Source: Octopus bimaculoides (Eukaryota). Taken from it: a stretch of 64,000 bases of DNA. Shown piece by piece: positions 39,340-52,140 of this stretch. The stretch is taken from the NCBI RefSeq assembly GCF_001194135.2, contig NC_068981.1, positions 153,928,744-153,992,743 on the forward strand, in the 5' to 3' direction. The translations under genes were made by a program, and so were the position numbers. Numbering within the stretch: position 1 is the first letter of the stretch; each line of letters starts with the position of its first letter. The notes below the pieces were generated by a model. It was not told the origin of the DNA. It saw only the letters and a list, made by a program, of their open reading frames with translations, and did no database searches.

Positions 39340-39920
39340 ATTACTAGTTTTTCTGAAAGTACAGTTGGTAGAATAAGAATAGGATAGAGAAAGTTCAGAG
39401 AGCTATTACGTCTATTGGCGGCAACAAAAGGTCTCTCTCTCAGAATGAAAGGCAGAATATATGGTGCTTGTGTATGAATGAACAGCAGTACTACATGATA
39501 GTGAAATGTAGGCTGTAAATGCAGAGGACATGTGAAGGCTTCGAAAGAAAGGAAGCTAGCATGCTCCACAGGATGTGCAGTACCAGTGTGCATGTACAAC
39601 AAAGTGTAAATGCGTTGAGAGAAAAATTGGACATAAGGGATATAAGATGTTGTGTACAAGAAAGAACACTGCACTGGTATGGTCATGTAATGTGTATGGA
39701 TGAAGACAGCTGGATAAAGAAGTACTGATAGCTAAGTGTGGATGGAACCTGTGGAAGAGGAAGAAGTGGCACAAAGTAGTTAAAATGACCTCCATATGTT
39801 GTTGAGCATCACAGAAGAGTTGACAAAGGACTGAGATGATTGATCATTTGCTGTGCCCGGGAAGACCCATCCATTTAAGCCAAAATACAGTTCTAAAGCC
39901 ATGTCGTTTATGTTTATGCC
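39340..39920 (+). mobile_element. RTE LINE C-terminal fragment
   Basis: EASMLHRMCSTSVHVQQSVNALREKLDIRDIRCCVQERTLHWYGHV, homologous to 43280-43567. Confidence 0.8.
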
Positions 39921-40401
39921 CTTGCACATAGTCTGTCTCTGATGAATTCCCCTGCCCAAACTGCTCTGCCAAATGTACACCTTCCCTCCACCCATGTTTA
40001 CCACTCACTGCGACCTACTCCCCTTTCCCATTCTTGCTAACTTACCTATTCACCCACCTTGTTGAATACTCTGTAACTTCAGGGTATGCCCCAACTCATC
40101 TTGACCACCATTTTCTCCATCATCTCTCTCCCCTCTCTTTCCAATTGAGGTAGCCATGTATCTCCTCAGCAGCAAAGCACCTATTTCTGCTCATCATACT
40201 TTGATTCCTCATCACCTGACACAAAACCACATAAAAAGCACCCAAAGTGCACCCTGTAAAGTGGTTGGCATTAGGAAGAGCATCCAGCCATAGAATCCTG
40301 CTAAAGCAGATAGTGGAGCTTAGCAACTAACTTATGAAGTATTGAACAAATGTAGGAGAGATTAAGATAAGCACAAATTTATATTATTAGTTTTACCCTT
40401 A

Positions 40402-40613
40402 TGGTTGCTTGGAACTCTGCATTGGATGTTGCGAGTGCATTTGGAAGCAATAAAGTGTTCCTCATCAAAGAATGCTTTATTGCATTACGCTACAGAGAAG
40501 TAGTGTTGACACTAGTTATCTGTACCCTAATGCAATAATGTGTTCCCTGATGATACATTCTCGTTAAGCATCCAAATGCACTTGGAAAACCTAATACAGG
40601 GTTCCAAGCAACT
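40402..40613. mobile_element. Small TA-flanked MITE
   Basis: About 25-bp imperfect TIRs (gttgcttggaactctgcattgg / cctaatacagggttccaagcaac) plus inner inverted gagtgcatttgga / tccaaatgcactt. Confidence 0.65.
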
Positions 40614-40645
40614 ATAATATAAACTTGTATTTACCTTAATCTCGC

Positions 40646-40678
<33 letters not shown>

Positions 40679-41099
40679 CACATAGGCACAGGCATGGCTG
40701 TGTGGTAAGAAGCTTGCTTGCCAACCACATGGTTCCAGGTTCAATCCCACTGTGTGACACCTTGGGCAAGTGTCTTCTACTATAGCCTTGGGCTGACCAA
40801 AGCCTTGTGAGTGAATTTGGTAGATGGAAACTGAAAAAAGCCTGTTGTATATATGTATATATTTATGTGTGTGTGTGACTTTGTGTCTGCTTGTATCCCC
40901 GTCACCACTTGACAACCGGTGTTGGTATGTTTATGTCCTTGTAATTTAGGAGTTCGTTAGAATAAATACTAGACTTTAATAAAAAAAATAAATCCTAGGG
41001 TTGATTTGTTTGACTAAAACCCTTCAAGGCGGTGCTCCAGCATGGCCACACTCAAATAAAAGAATACATATACATTCAAATACTTCTTTTCCAATGACA

Positions 41100-41760
41100 C
41101 ACAGTTGGCAAGAAACAGTCATGAAAAGCTGTTTCCTGTCTTTGCAGCAAATTTCGACACTACCAAGTTTCTTTCCTCCACTTCACTTAATTGGCCTTCA
41201 TTTAAGAAGGTAATCATTTCTTTGATAATGAATATCAATATCTCTGAGAACAAGGTAAAACATTTGTTGGTTCCAATTTCAGTACCACTAAAAATCCACC
41301 CATTTATACTATCTCTCCTACCCATCATGAAAAATGTTTTGGAGGTAAAAAAAACATTTTCGTTAATCTCCACTACAATCAAGTTTGCTAGCATCATCAG
41401 TGTCTCTAATTATCGACTGTGAGCAAGTATATATTCACTTCAATCATTCTCCTCAAAGTTATACCAACAGACTATTGTATACACCCATACTTGCAGCTCA
41501 TTTTATGATACTTTGTGAGAACAGTCAACTCACTACTAGTGGAATTGCTGAATAGCTTTGTAAAGAAGTAATTTTGATTTTGAGATAATGAATTCTTCAA
41601 GCACATTCTTTTTAAACAGTTATAGCAATTCCACTTCCTCATGCCAGCTTTCCTTGAGACATCCACAAAACACATGAGTTTTTGACATGGCCACCATTTC
41701 TTGTTTTCAACAGTCCACCATTTAGCCATCACATCTTTCCCTCCTCATCTCAACTCTTCA
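41100..41760 (-). mobile_element. Merlin (IS1595/ISXO2-like) transposase relic
   Basis: Across frames: FIISKSKLLL, ELQVWVYTIVCWYNF, VVEINENVFF..K...GRR....GWIFSGTEIGTNKCF. These match the Merlin motifs SKL.L, TIVDWYNF and VEIDES.F...K...GR.....WVFGG.ER....CF as recalled. Confidence 0.65.
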
Positions 41761-42713
41761 TACCATCAGGAATCATTTGTTCAAAATGCATTTCTAAATT
41801 ATACAAATCTAGAAGCAATATTGACGAAATATTTTTACTAGTGGCAAATATGTTCATACAAAAGTAAAACTGCAGTATCTCAGATTCTGAGAAACTGAAA
41901 GAATACAATAGTAAAATTTTCACTATTCCCATTACTTTTATTTGAGTTAAGTGATAGAGCACCGTATTAATATTTTCGTTATCAAATATGTCATTTACAT
42001 TATTTTACTCAGCTATTCTGTAATAGTCACAAAGGAATGTTTGTAATTTGATGTAGAACAAGTACATCATGTGACTTTTTTGTTTTCTTCATTAATATTT
42101 ACACATACATATGTATGTACACACACACACTCACATATACATCTGCATGGCTTCTTGTTATTTGTCATCTCTTTTAGGTTTGCTCTCTTGCAGTGAGTTT
42201 TCACCATTTCTACCCATGTTTTCGTTGAACTTCAGCTTCTGCAGGTTCCTTCTATATGGATGCCCTGTCACTTCTTTACCCAACTAATGTCCATCATGCA
42301 CATTGTGTCTCATTCTTTACTCAACTGTCACCCTCCATACACACTACGTTTCATTCCTCATATCTAGTTTCCTTCTCAATTCATTTGTTCTCTGTCACTC
42401 ATTCATACTGACATTACACAATCAGTGGATTTTGTTCATCTCGTTTCTCACCTGCATTTGCTCATCATCTACATTCAGTGCCCATGTTTTGCTGTTATGC
42501 AAGCATCACATAGTCTGACCTTCACTTAACATGTTAACCACCCTGGCTTGTTACTGAAACTTACCAGTGATGTTACATATTTCCGGTCACACTGCATGCC
42601 ATTTGATTACAAGGAAATATAACTTTTTTATGCATTTTTACAGTATTTCATAATTAAACTTTAATATTCAACACTTATGTTATTTAAATATTCTTGGAAC
42701 TATGTCAAAGATA

Positions 42714-45290
42714 CATCATCGTCATCATCATTTAGTATCCATTGTCCATGCTGGCAGGGGTTGGATGGTTTGACCAGGGCTGGCAAGCTGGAAAGTTGTA
42801 CCAGACTCCAGTCTGATTTGGCATGGTTTCTACAGCTTGATGCCCTTCCTAATGCCAACCATTCCAAGAGTGTAATGGGTGTTTTTATGTGCCACTGGCA
42901 TGGGTGCCATATGTGTGACACCAATATCTACCATAACTACGATTTCACTTGGTTTGATGGATTTTCTCAAGCATGGTGTAATGCCAAAGGTCTTAGTCGA
43001 TTGTCAATGCTTCCACGAGGCTCAATACTTAGAAGGTGGCATCGGCCACCTTACCTCCGTGAAGCTCAATGCTTAAAAGGTGGTTTTTATGTGCCTCCAG
43101 CATGGGTGCCAGTTATGTGACACTGACATCAGCCACAACTACATTTTCACTTGGCTTGATGGGTCCTCTCAAGCACAGCACATCACCAAAGGTCTTAGTC
43201 ACTAGTCATTGCTTCTGTGAGGCTCAACGTTTGAAGATCATACTTCACCACCTTGTCCCATGTCTTCCTGGGTCTACCTCTACCACATGTTCCCTCCACA
43301 GTTAGAGAACAGCACTTCTTTACACAGCTGTCCTTGTCCATATGCGTCACATGACCATACCAGCACAGTCATCTCTTGCACACCACATCTGATGCCTCTT
43401 ATACCCAACTTTTCTCTCAAGATTCTTACACTGTCATACATGCACACTGACATTGCACACACAGCGAAGCAAACCAGCTTCATTTCTTTCAAGCGTATGC
43501 AGGTCCTTGGCTGTCTCCTTTCATGTTTCACTGCCGTGTAGCATAGCTGTTCACACATAGGCATCATACTGTCTGCCTTTCACTCAGAGGGAGAGGCCCT
43601 TTGTTGCCAGCAGAGGTAAGGACTCTCTGAACTTTGCCCAGCCTATTCTTATTCTTGCAGCTCTGCTCCTGGAACATCCATCTCTGCTACTAACTTGGTC
43701 ACCTAGATAATGGAAGCTATTCTACTACCTCTAGCTTACCCCACTGGCAGTTGATGGGGTCTATTTTCTGTACATTTTTGGTGTTTATTGTACCTGTGCA
43801 CTTTTCACACTCAAAAATTATTTTCCCTGTTAATCTTCCTCTGATATTGCTGCACTTCTTATGTGTCCATAGCTTGAACCAGGTACATCTTATGGAGTTT
43901 CTACCAACGCCTTTCCTACAGATTGAGCAGGGCCATCTACCTGAAGGGATTTGTGATTTGTCTGCTCTCCTATTTACTAAGACTTTGGTTTTAGCTAGAT
44001 TAATTCTAAGGCCCTTTGATTCTTTACCTTGCCTCCATGCCTGACATTTCTTCTCTAGTTCAGGTAATGATTCAGCTATAAGAACAAGGTCATCAGCACA
44101 GAGGAGCTCCCAGGGGCATCCATCTTAAATTCTTCTGCCATTGCCTGGAGGACTATGATGAACAAGAGGGGGGTGAGAACTGATCCTTGGTGAACCCCTG
44201 CTTGTACCCTGAATTCCTTGCTATACTTATTGCTAACCTTCACCTTACTGACTGTCCATGTACATGGCTTGTACAGCTCTCACCAACCACTCATCTATCC
44301 CTAGCTTCCACATTGATCACCAGATAAGGGAGCGGGGGACCCTGTCAAAGGCTTTCTCCATGTCAACAAAAGCCAGGTAGAGGAGTTTATTTCTGGCTAG
44401 CTATTTCTCCTGCAGTTGCCTAACTAGGAATATAGCATCAGTTGTGCTCCTGCTTGGCAGAAATCCAAACTGCATCTCATCTATGCTAATTCTCTCTCTA
44501 ATTAATTGGGTTATGACCCTCTCCATGACATCACCTAGTCTTAGACATTCGATACCTCTATAATTATTCCTGTCTGAGGCGTTACCTTTGCCTTTGTAGC
44601 AGTTGACTATGATGCTGCTACACCAATCATTGGGTATGACTCCCTTATGGACAACCTGATTAACTATATGGGTGACTAGGCTATATCCTACTCTACAAGA
44701 TATTCTGAGTATCTCAGCAGTAATACCTGATGGGCCAGAAGCCTTCTCTGTCTTCATGTCCTTAATTGCTTTATTCACTAAGCGACTGTTGATTCCGATA
44801 CACCATGGAAGATACCAGGTAGCTGCCCGACGGGCCCATTGAAATCCCCAGCCACAAAAATAAGATCCTTGTCACTTGTCTTCAAGGTAGCCTGCAGAAG
44901 AATATCATAAAAACAGCCCTTTTGTTTACTCGGTAGATCCGTTTGTGGGGCATAGGTAGAGATAATTGTCACTATACTATTCTGCATAACTAGCCTTAGC
45001 TTAAGTACTCTATCGCACACTCTGACCACCTCTACGACCTTATCCACCCATTTCTTTGCAAGAAGTATGCCCACACCACCTACCCCATTGCTGTTACCTT
45101 CCCAGAAGATTTTATACCTATGTGTCTTGCCTGTGAGGAACCTGGCTGAAGCTCCTCTCCACCTTACCTCTTGAATGCAACATACATCAACATGCCTCCA
45201 TTCAAGCATCTAACAATCTCACTAGACCTACCTTTCAATGTGCCTGCATTGACAGTGCCAACTGTGAGAACTGGGAAAGGGATGTGGGAG
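42714..45290 (-). mobile_element. RTE-clade LINE, near full span with an internal deletion (APE endonuclease, RT, C-terminus, 3' UTR, (GAT)n tail)
   Basis: APE: LTVGTVNAG, DVCCIQEVRW, STYAPQ, GDFNG (44778-45270). RT: KASGPSGI, QFGF, FVDMEKAFDRV, GVHQGSVL, ADDL. C-terminal RLxWxGH-like region. 3' modules and tail ending near 42714. Confidence 0.92.
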
Positions 45291-47779
45291 GGAAGATAGG
45301 AAGAGGGGATGATATTTAGTACCTGAAAAGAAGGTTTCAATGAATGTTTGATAACAAACATGTCACATCAGTTGTTCTCATTTTAACCTACCATCATTCA
45401 ATCATGTTAAAATTGCTGCACCTATTGGAAGTGAGTGTCATATAAGCATTATTGCTGCAAACATAAATGGGTCAATGTTTAAATTAAGTAAATGAGCTGC
45501 TATTGGTAAGTCCATTACATATAAAGAAAAAGGAGTAGGTGGTTTGTTAATTTACTTTGTTAAATTTGTTAATTTACTAAGTAATGCATCTCCTTTTGGC
45601 ACATGCAATAGTGTGGATGATTGTTGGTGGTGGTGGTGGGGAGCTATGCAAGTCTTCTGGTACAGAAACAAGGCAGAGCCTTGTAGGGGTTTCCGGTGTA
45701 AGAGAAGAGATTTCCGGTATAAGTGTTGGGGGCAGGAGCAGGTGGGTGCATTGAGGATAAAAGGCCAGCTTCACCTCAGGAAATAGCAGCTAAGATAGAA
45801 AGACACTAAGGGTGCAGAGAGAAAGAGATAAAGAATAAAATATTTTCTCAAATTATGAAAATCACCCATGCTAGCATGGAAGGCAGACATTAAATGATGA
45901 TGATGATGATGCACCACTGGTGGTGCATATGGCAGTTGTGTGAAGTTTGTGATGGAACCACTGGTGGTACATGTGGTTAATGTGTTAAAGAGAAAATCTC
46001 TGTTGCCAGCAGAAGCAATACATCTATGAACCTTTTTCACTCTGTTCTTATTCTGGTTACTGCTTGAATATATATCAGGAACATAGCCTCTGTAATTCTG
46101 AATCTAAAAGAAAAATCTTAGTGCAGAGGCATGAACTAAAGAATGAAATCAGTTTACATCATAACTCATTCTTTACTTTAAATTTATTTGAGGAAACCCC
46201 TACAACAGTAGTAAGGGACCCTTTTTTAGTACCAAGAATGATTTGCAAATGAATAAAAGCCCAAGGAGATGCATTAGTGCTGAAAAAAAAAAAGAATCTT
46301 TAATGGAATATTATTGTTAGAGGTTTGTATCATCATGGAAATTCAATAAAAATCAAAAGCTGAGGTGTGATAATTAACCATGAAGAGAAGAAATATTTCT
46401 CATTTTAAATAGAGCCATTCATCAAAGAAGAATAAGATTTGGATTAGTGCCTTTAAATATCACTTAGGGAACTTACAAGTCTACAGTAATCCTAACAGAT
46501 TAACTGAGAGAGAAAATTGATAATACAGTCATTAATAAATGTTTGACATATAACTTAAGATTAGCACATAAAAAAAGGTTATCTAAATTGTTATATAACT
46601 TCTTTTTGAGAGATTTATGTGGAGGAATTGTACAACAAATGAAGTTGAGATTATTTTTCTGTTTTAAATCAAATAATCTTATCTGTGGGCTTTTTGTTAA
46701 GTATGGTTGTTGCATTAATATTTTGCTAAAAGGCCAATGGTAATAATAACTAAGACATTGGAACAATAGAGTTGATAGTTTTTGTTTCCAGTTCAGCACC
46801 AAACTGTTCCAAGTTCAAATCCCATTTGGGTCAAATTGATAATAATCTTGGCTTTGTGCTTAGTTAAAAGAAGTCAATAATGTATCATACTCCCTTGGCC
46901 TGCTAAAAATAACTGCCAAATTTCCTGTAAATCACACTCTACTGTGTCAAAAAGATGACACCTATGACTGTAGTATTAACTACATGATACAAGAAAAATA
47001 AAGGACAAAATGATCTTAATTGGAACCTTTTTGGTCATTAAGGCATCCTTTTGGGAACAATGTATAACAGACAACCTCTCTAGTACCAATGGCTTAATAA
47101 AATATACTATTTCATGCTGCTAAGTGGTTAGAAATATGAAGGGCATCCAATCAAGAAAATTATGTTGAAAATAGCAAGATTGATGGGCTTTTTCTGTTGT
47201 TGTGTTATTGTGCATATCATTGGCACTCTGTCAGTTATAATGACAAGTATTCCTGTTGATCTAGTCAATGGAACAGCCTGCTCATGAAATGAATGAAAAT
47301 CAATGAACGCTCGAAAGACATGTGTACCCTAACGTAGTTCGCAGGGAGATTCAGCATGACAAGGCCCCATTTTTGCTAGTTGTGTGGACTAAAGGACATG
47401 AAGTAAAGTGTCTTGCTCAAGGTTACAAAGTGCCACCAGGAATCGAACTTACAACCTTACGATTGTAAGTCAAATACCCTAACCACCAAGCCATGCGCCT
47501 TCCCTTTGTGTATATCAGATATATAATGAAGGACCATGGCAAACAGCATGATATCTTACTAAAACAAACCCAACAGTAAAATGTTGACATTTTTGTGAAT
47601 GAGTGACATGAAATTACAATTAGAACTTTCAACTTGTCTCCTCAAGCACTCCCTTCTTTCTCACTTTGTGAAAGTTTCTCTTTTTTTTCTCTCTCATTGC
47701 TCCCCCTCTTCATCTTTCTAACTTAATATAAAAACACCTATAAAAACACATACATAATCAATATTATAATATATTATGG

Positions 47780-48942
47780 TGTGATAAATCTGCTTCACTT
47801 TACTGGAATCTAACATAGTAATCAACAATTTTTGGTTTGATCTAATATTTGGTACATGTTTATACCCTTTCTTGTTTATTTTCATGTCTGTACACTGCCT
47901 ATTAGAATTAGCTATTGACTCAGTCACATCTGTGAATATACTCAGGCTTAGTAATGCCTGGGTAGCTACAGGTGATGTGGTCAACCACCTCATCATGTCA
48001 GTTGCATAGTCTGCACTTGATGTGAGCATCTCTTTCCACTGTTTTATTTTTTGTAATTGTTTGTGGCTAGGCATTGTTCTTGGGCAGCTAGAAGCAGACT
48101 TTCTGTTTTTGCATTTAGTCCAGAGTTTTTGAGATATTGTTGGGTTTCACTCTGGCTTACTTTCTGTTGAATTCTGTGGGATATTAGCTATAAAGTGGAT
48201 TTTCTTCTCTCTCTCTTTTATTTTCTTTAGTGATGGTGATAAAATTTTGGAATTTGGTTTTGATTTTGTCTTTTCTGCTATTTTATCCTTTAGCATTCAA
48301 ATTATTCTGTCAAATGTTCTGTTTATTTATTCACATTGTTTTGAATTAATCATGCATTATCTTGCAACTTTGAGATTTCAATGATGTGATTGTATAGTTT
48401 TAGAATGATACTGTAGGGTAGGTGTGAGAGGTCCACTCTAACTGGTTTGAACATAAAACAGGTAGAATACTTGGACCAGATATGGCCGGTTTAAATACTA
48501 AGGTTTTAATCTTTCTTGTTTAGCGTAGTTAGTTTCATATAAGTGTATTAATGTAATTATCATTCTCATTTGTGTGTGTGTGTGTGTGACCAACTTTTCT
48601 TTTCTAATTGAGGTAGCCATGTACCTCCTCTACTGCAAAACACCTGTTTCTGTCCCTCTATCATACTTTAACTTCTCATCATCTGGCATAAAACCACCTT
48701 CCTCAATACTACCCCTACCCACAGTTGAGGGTCTTGTCTTGTGGATTTACTTGATAATTTCACTAGTGCTGGTGGCATGAAAAAGCACCTAATAGTTTTT
48801 GTAAAGTGGTTGGGATTTGGAAGGACATCTATCCATAGAAGCTATGCTAAAGCAGACATTGGAGCTTGGCACAGTTCTCTGACTTGTTGGCTCCTGTCAA
48901 ACCATCCGACCTATATCAGCATGGAAAACAGATAGTACGATG

Positions 48943-48973
<31 letters not shown>

Positions 48974-49760
48974 NNNNNNNNNNNNNNNNNNNNNNNNNNN
49001 NNNNNNNNNNNNNNNNNNNNNNNNNNNNNNNNNNNNNNNNNNNNTATATATAAAGAGGAATGTGTTATGCTTTTCCCTATTTTCTTATTACACTTATTAG
49101 CTTCTTTTTATTTGATATAAGTATTTTTTCTAGTACTATTGTTGTTATTTTGTAGTAGTTTTCTGTTTATATTAGACCACACCCTATATCAGCTTTGGAA
49201 TGGTGACTGAGAATGCTGTCAGTAATTTCTTGATTTTTCTGCTTTACTCTTTCGCTAACTTAAATTCCAGTTTATTATGATGGAAGTAGTTTATTACTGG
49301 AATGACTAGTGTATTTATGCCTATTATCTTTGTAACATTCAGTTAAGTCTTTGATTCTTCAATATTACTCCGACTCTTCTTTGTTTTGTGATACTTATTG
49401 CATGTTATGATTGTATTTGTTGTGGTGCTTTCTTTCTTTATTAAAAAAAAAAAACTTTTGTTTTGTATGTGGTATATTTAGGATGCTTTCATTGGTTTGT
49501 GGTAGACTATTTTTTAGTCTCTGTTGCCAGATGTTTTTATTTTCAATATGCCTTCTGTCTATAAGTTTTTGCTTTTTTGCTTTCAATTTTTTCGATTTTG
49601 TTCCTTGTTATAAATCTCTATACAATCACAAGTGTATTTGTTGCAATATTTTTCTCACTTCCTTATTATTTTCCATTCATACTTACTATGTCTCTTTTAT
49701 GATGCTTATGTGTGTTGGATATAGTATGACTGTGTTATAGGAATGTAACACTTCAATGCA
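47780..49760 (-). mobile_element. R4/Dong-clade (RLE-type) LINE relic interrupted by a MITE, SINE pieces and a gap
   Basis: KIIGINTLVIPVINY, HHSKADI, GLI*TENYYKITTI (49080-49380), and the zinc-knuckle region KCRLCN*HDEVVDHITCSYPGITKPEYIHRCD (about 47920-48020). Confidence 0.7.
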
Positions 49761-49877
49761 ATATTCACTGGTCTTGTGCTCTCTGTTAAATTTGTTTTTA
49801 TTTTGGACACTAATTTCAAGAGACAAGCCTTCGTGTTTCAGAGTTAATCATTTGACAGAGAACAGCTTCTGAACAAC

Positions 49878-50260
49878 GTCGTCGTCGTCGTTTAACGTCT
49901 GCTTTCCATGCTAGCATGGGTTGGACGATTTGACTGAGGACTGGTGAAACTAGATGGCTACACCAGGCTCCAATCTGATTTGGCAGAGTTTCTACAGCTG
50001 GATGCCCTTCCTAACGCCAACCACTCAGAGAGTGTAGTGGGTGCTTTTACGTGTCACCCGCACGAAGGCCAGTCAGGCGGTACTGGCAACGGCCACGCTC
50101 ATCTCGCTCAAAAGACCTCGTGTGTCACCCGCACAAGAGCCAGTCCAGGGGCACCGGCAACGATCTCGCTCGAAAATCCTACGACGGCCCCGCACAAGAG
50201 CCAGTTCAGGGGCACTGGCAACGATCTCGCTCGAAAGATTTCATGTGTCGCCTATGTTAT
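49878..50260 (-). mobile_element. Young RTE 3'-tail copy with a triplicated ~55-bp module
   Basis: Tail plus repeats of cccgcacaagagccagtccaggggcac(c/t)ggcaacgatctcgctc. Confidence 0.8.
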
Positions 50261-51265
50261 GAAATCCTATCTTACATCGTAGTTTAGCTGGTATTGTCTT
50301 ATTGCTGATTGATCTACCCCTGGTCATAGTCAGTTTGCAATTACATCACAGAAGAGCTATTTTAGCTATTTAAAACACATAAAACAGTTAAATTCACTAA
50401 AATATGGCACTCGAGGTTTCAACATTTTTGTCAAACAATAATAGCCTGGCCACTGACACAGTTCTACTCATGGAATAAATTAAAAGGAAATCTAGCAGTT
50501 TTTATATTTTTAAATGACTGAAATAATTCTTCCATGATGCTTCAATTTCAAAATATGGTCAAGTTACATACTAGACAAATATAGCTCTGAAGCAGTTGAT
50601 TTTTTTTTTTTTCTTTTTGCTAATTGTGTTGCAGGTGCAAATGTGGCTGTGCGGTTAAGAAATTTGTTTCTCAACCACATGGTTTGGAGTTCAGTCCCTC
50701 TGTGTGGAACCTCAGGCTAGTGTCTTCTACTATAGCCCTGGGCTGACCAAAGCATTGTGAGTGGATTTGGTACACAGAAACTGACAGAAGTCTGTCATAT
50801 ATATCTGTGTGTATATGCTTGTGTCTCTTTGTCTTGACATGGTGTGATAGTTATAAATGCATGTCCCTGTCCTACAAGTAGTGTCATTCATTTCTAATAT
50901 TCTAAAATAAAAAATGTGTCTGAGTGTCTGACCACAGGGAAATGTTACTGTGCTTGGGAAACACATAAGTGTTGGCAACAGAAAGGGCATACAGCTGTAG
51001 AAAATCTGCCTCAGTAAACTTCATTGAATCCATTGCAAGTGTGTAGTGTGAAATAGTATATTTTGTGTTCAATAATCGCCTATAGTACATGTAACAGAAG
51101 TATCGCTTGTACTTATTAGAGTTGTTCTATTTTATTTTGTTTGTATCCAAAGCTTCATACTGTTTTGTTTTTGTTTGTACCACATGCTGACCTCATTTAC
51201 ACGCTTTGTCTCAGTGATGCATTTCATGTGATAACCATAACTAATGCATTACTGTGTCACTTGTA

Positions 51266-52140
51266 CAGGGTGTCCCAAAAGTCACTGATGGATTTCAATT
51301 TTTAGTAACTTCCTTAACTTTACAGCTAAACATGTGAAATTTTGATACAATATAAAGGACATACTGGAAATTAATTTGCACAAGTCAAATTTTGCAACAC
51401 CACTTCATCACATATGAAAAATGACATTGCTAAAATGGAAGCCATTTTTGGCTTTGCATGCCTGTGCTCTTTCCAAAACTTGCACCATAACACCCTCAAA
51501 AGTTTCAGACCCCACTTCTCTGATTTCTTTGTTGATGTTCTCCTGCAGTTGCACTAGGGTCTCGTTTGTTGATGTAAACCATCTTTTTCAGGTGTCCTCA
51601 AAAGAAAAAAATCTAGGCTAGTCAAGTCTGGGGAACATGAAGGCCAGTTGGCATTGCTGTAGTGGGAGTTTATTCTCTCTCTCCAAAGCACTTCCATAGC
51701 AACTGCATTGTTTCTCTTGCCCTAACTTGCTGGAACCATGTGTAAGGTCTATTTTGAATGGCCTTCATGTTCCCCAGACTTGACTAGCCCGGATTTTTGC
51801 TTGTAGGGATACCTGAAAGAGAGGGTTTACATCAACAAACCAAAGACTCTGGTGCAGCTGAAGGAGAACATCAATAGAGAAATCAGAGAAGTGGGGTCTG
51901 AAACTTTTGACGGTGTTATAGTGCAAGTTTTGAAAAGAGCACAGATGTGCGAAGCTGAAAATGGCTGCCATTTAAGCAATGTCATTTTTCATATGTGATG
52001 TAGTGGTGTTGCAAAATTTGACTTGTGCATATTAATTTCCATTATGTCCTTTAATTTGTATCAAAATTTGATGTATTTATTTGTAAAGTTCAGGAAGTTA
52101 TTAATAATTGAAACCCATCAGTCACTTTTGGGACACCCTG
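51266..52140. mobile_element. Foldback non-autonomous element made of two inverted right ends of a rosa-type mariner
   Basis: TA flanks; arms 51266-51646 and 51759-52140 are reverse complements (~380 bp), each with the TIR cagggtgtcccaaaagt and the transposase C-terminus WPSCSPDL..DF...GYLKERVY. Confidence 0.9.

Noticed and set aside
47718-48074. 118-aa ORF
   Set aside because: It is an off-frame reading of the R4/Dong LINE zinc-knuckle region.
49934-49962. CTGAGGA..GAAAC hammerhead-like core in the antisense RTE tail
   Set aside because: There is no stem II pairing and no convincing stems I or III; likely coincidental.
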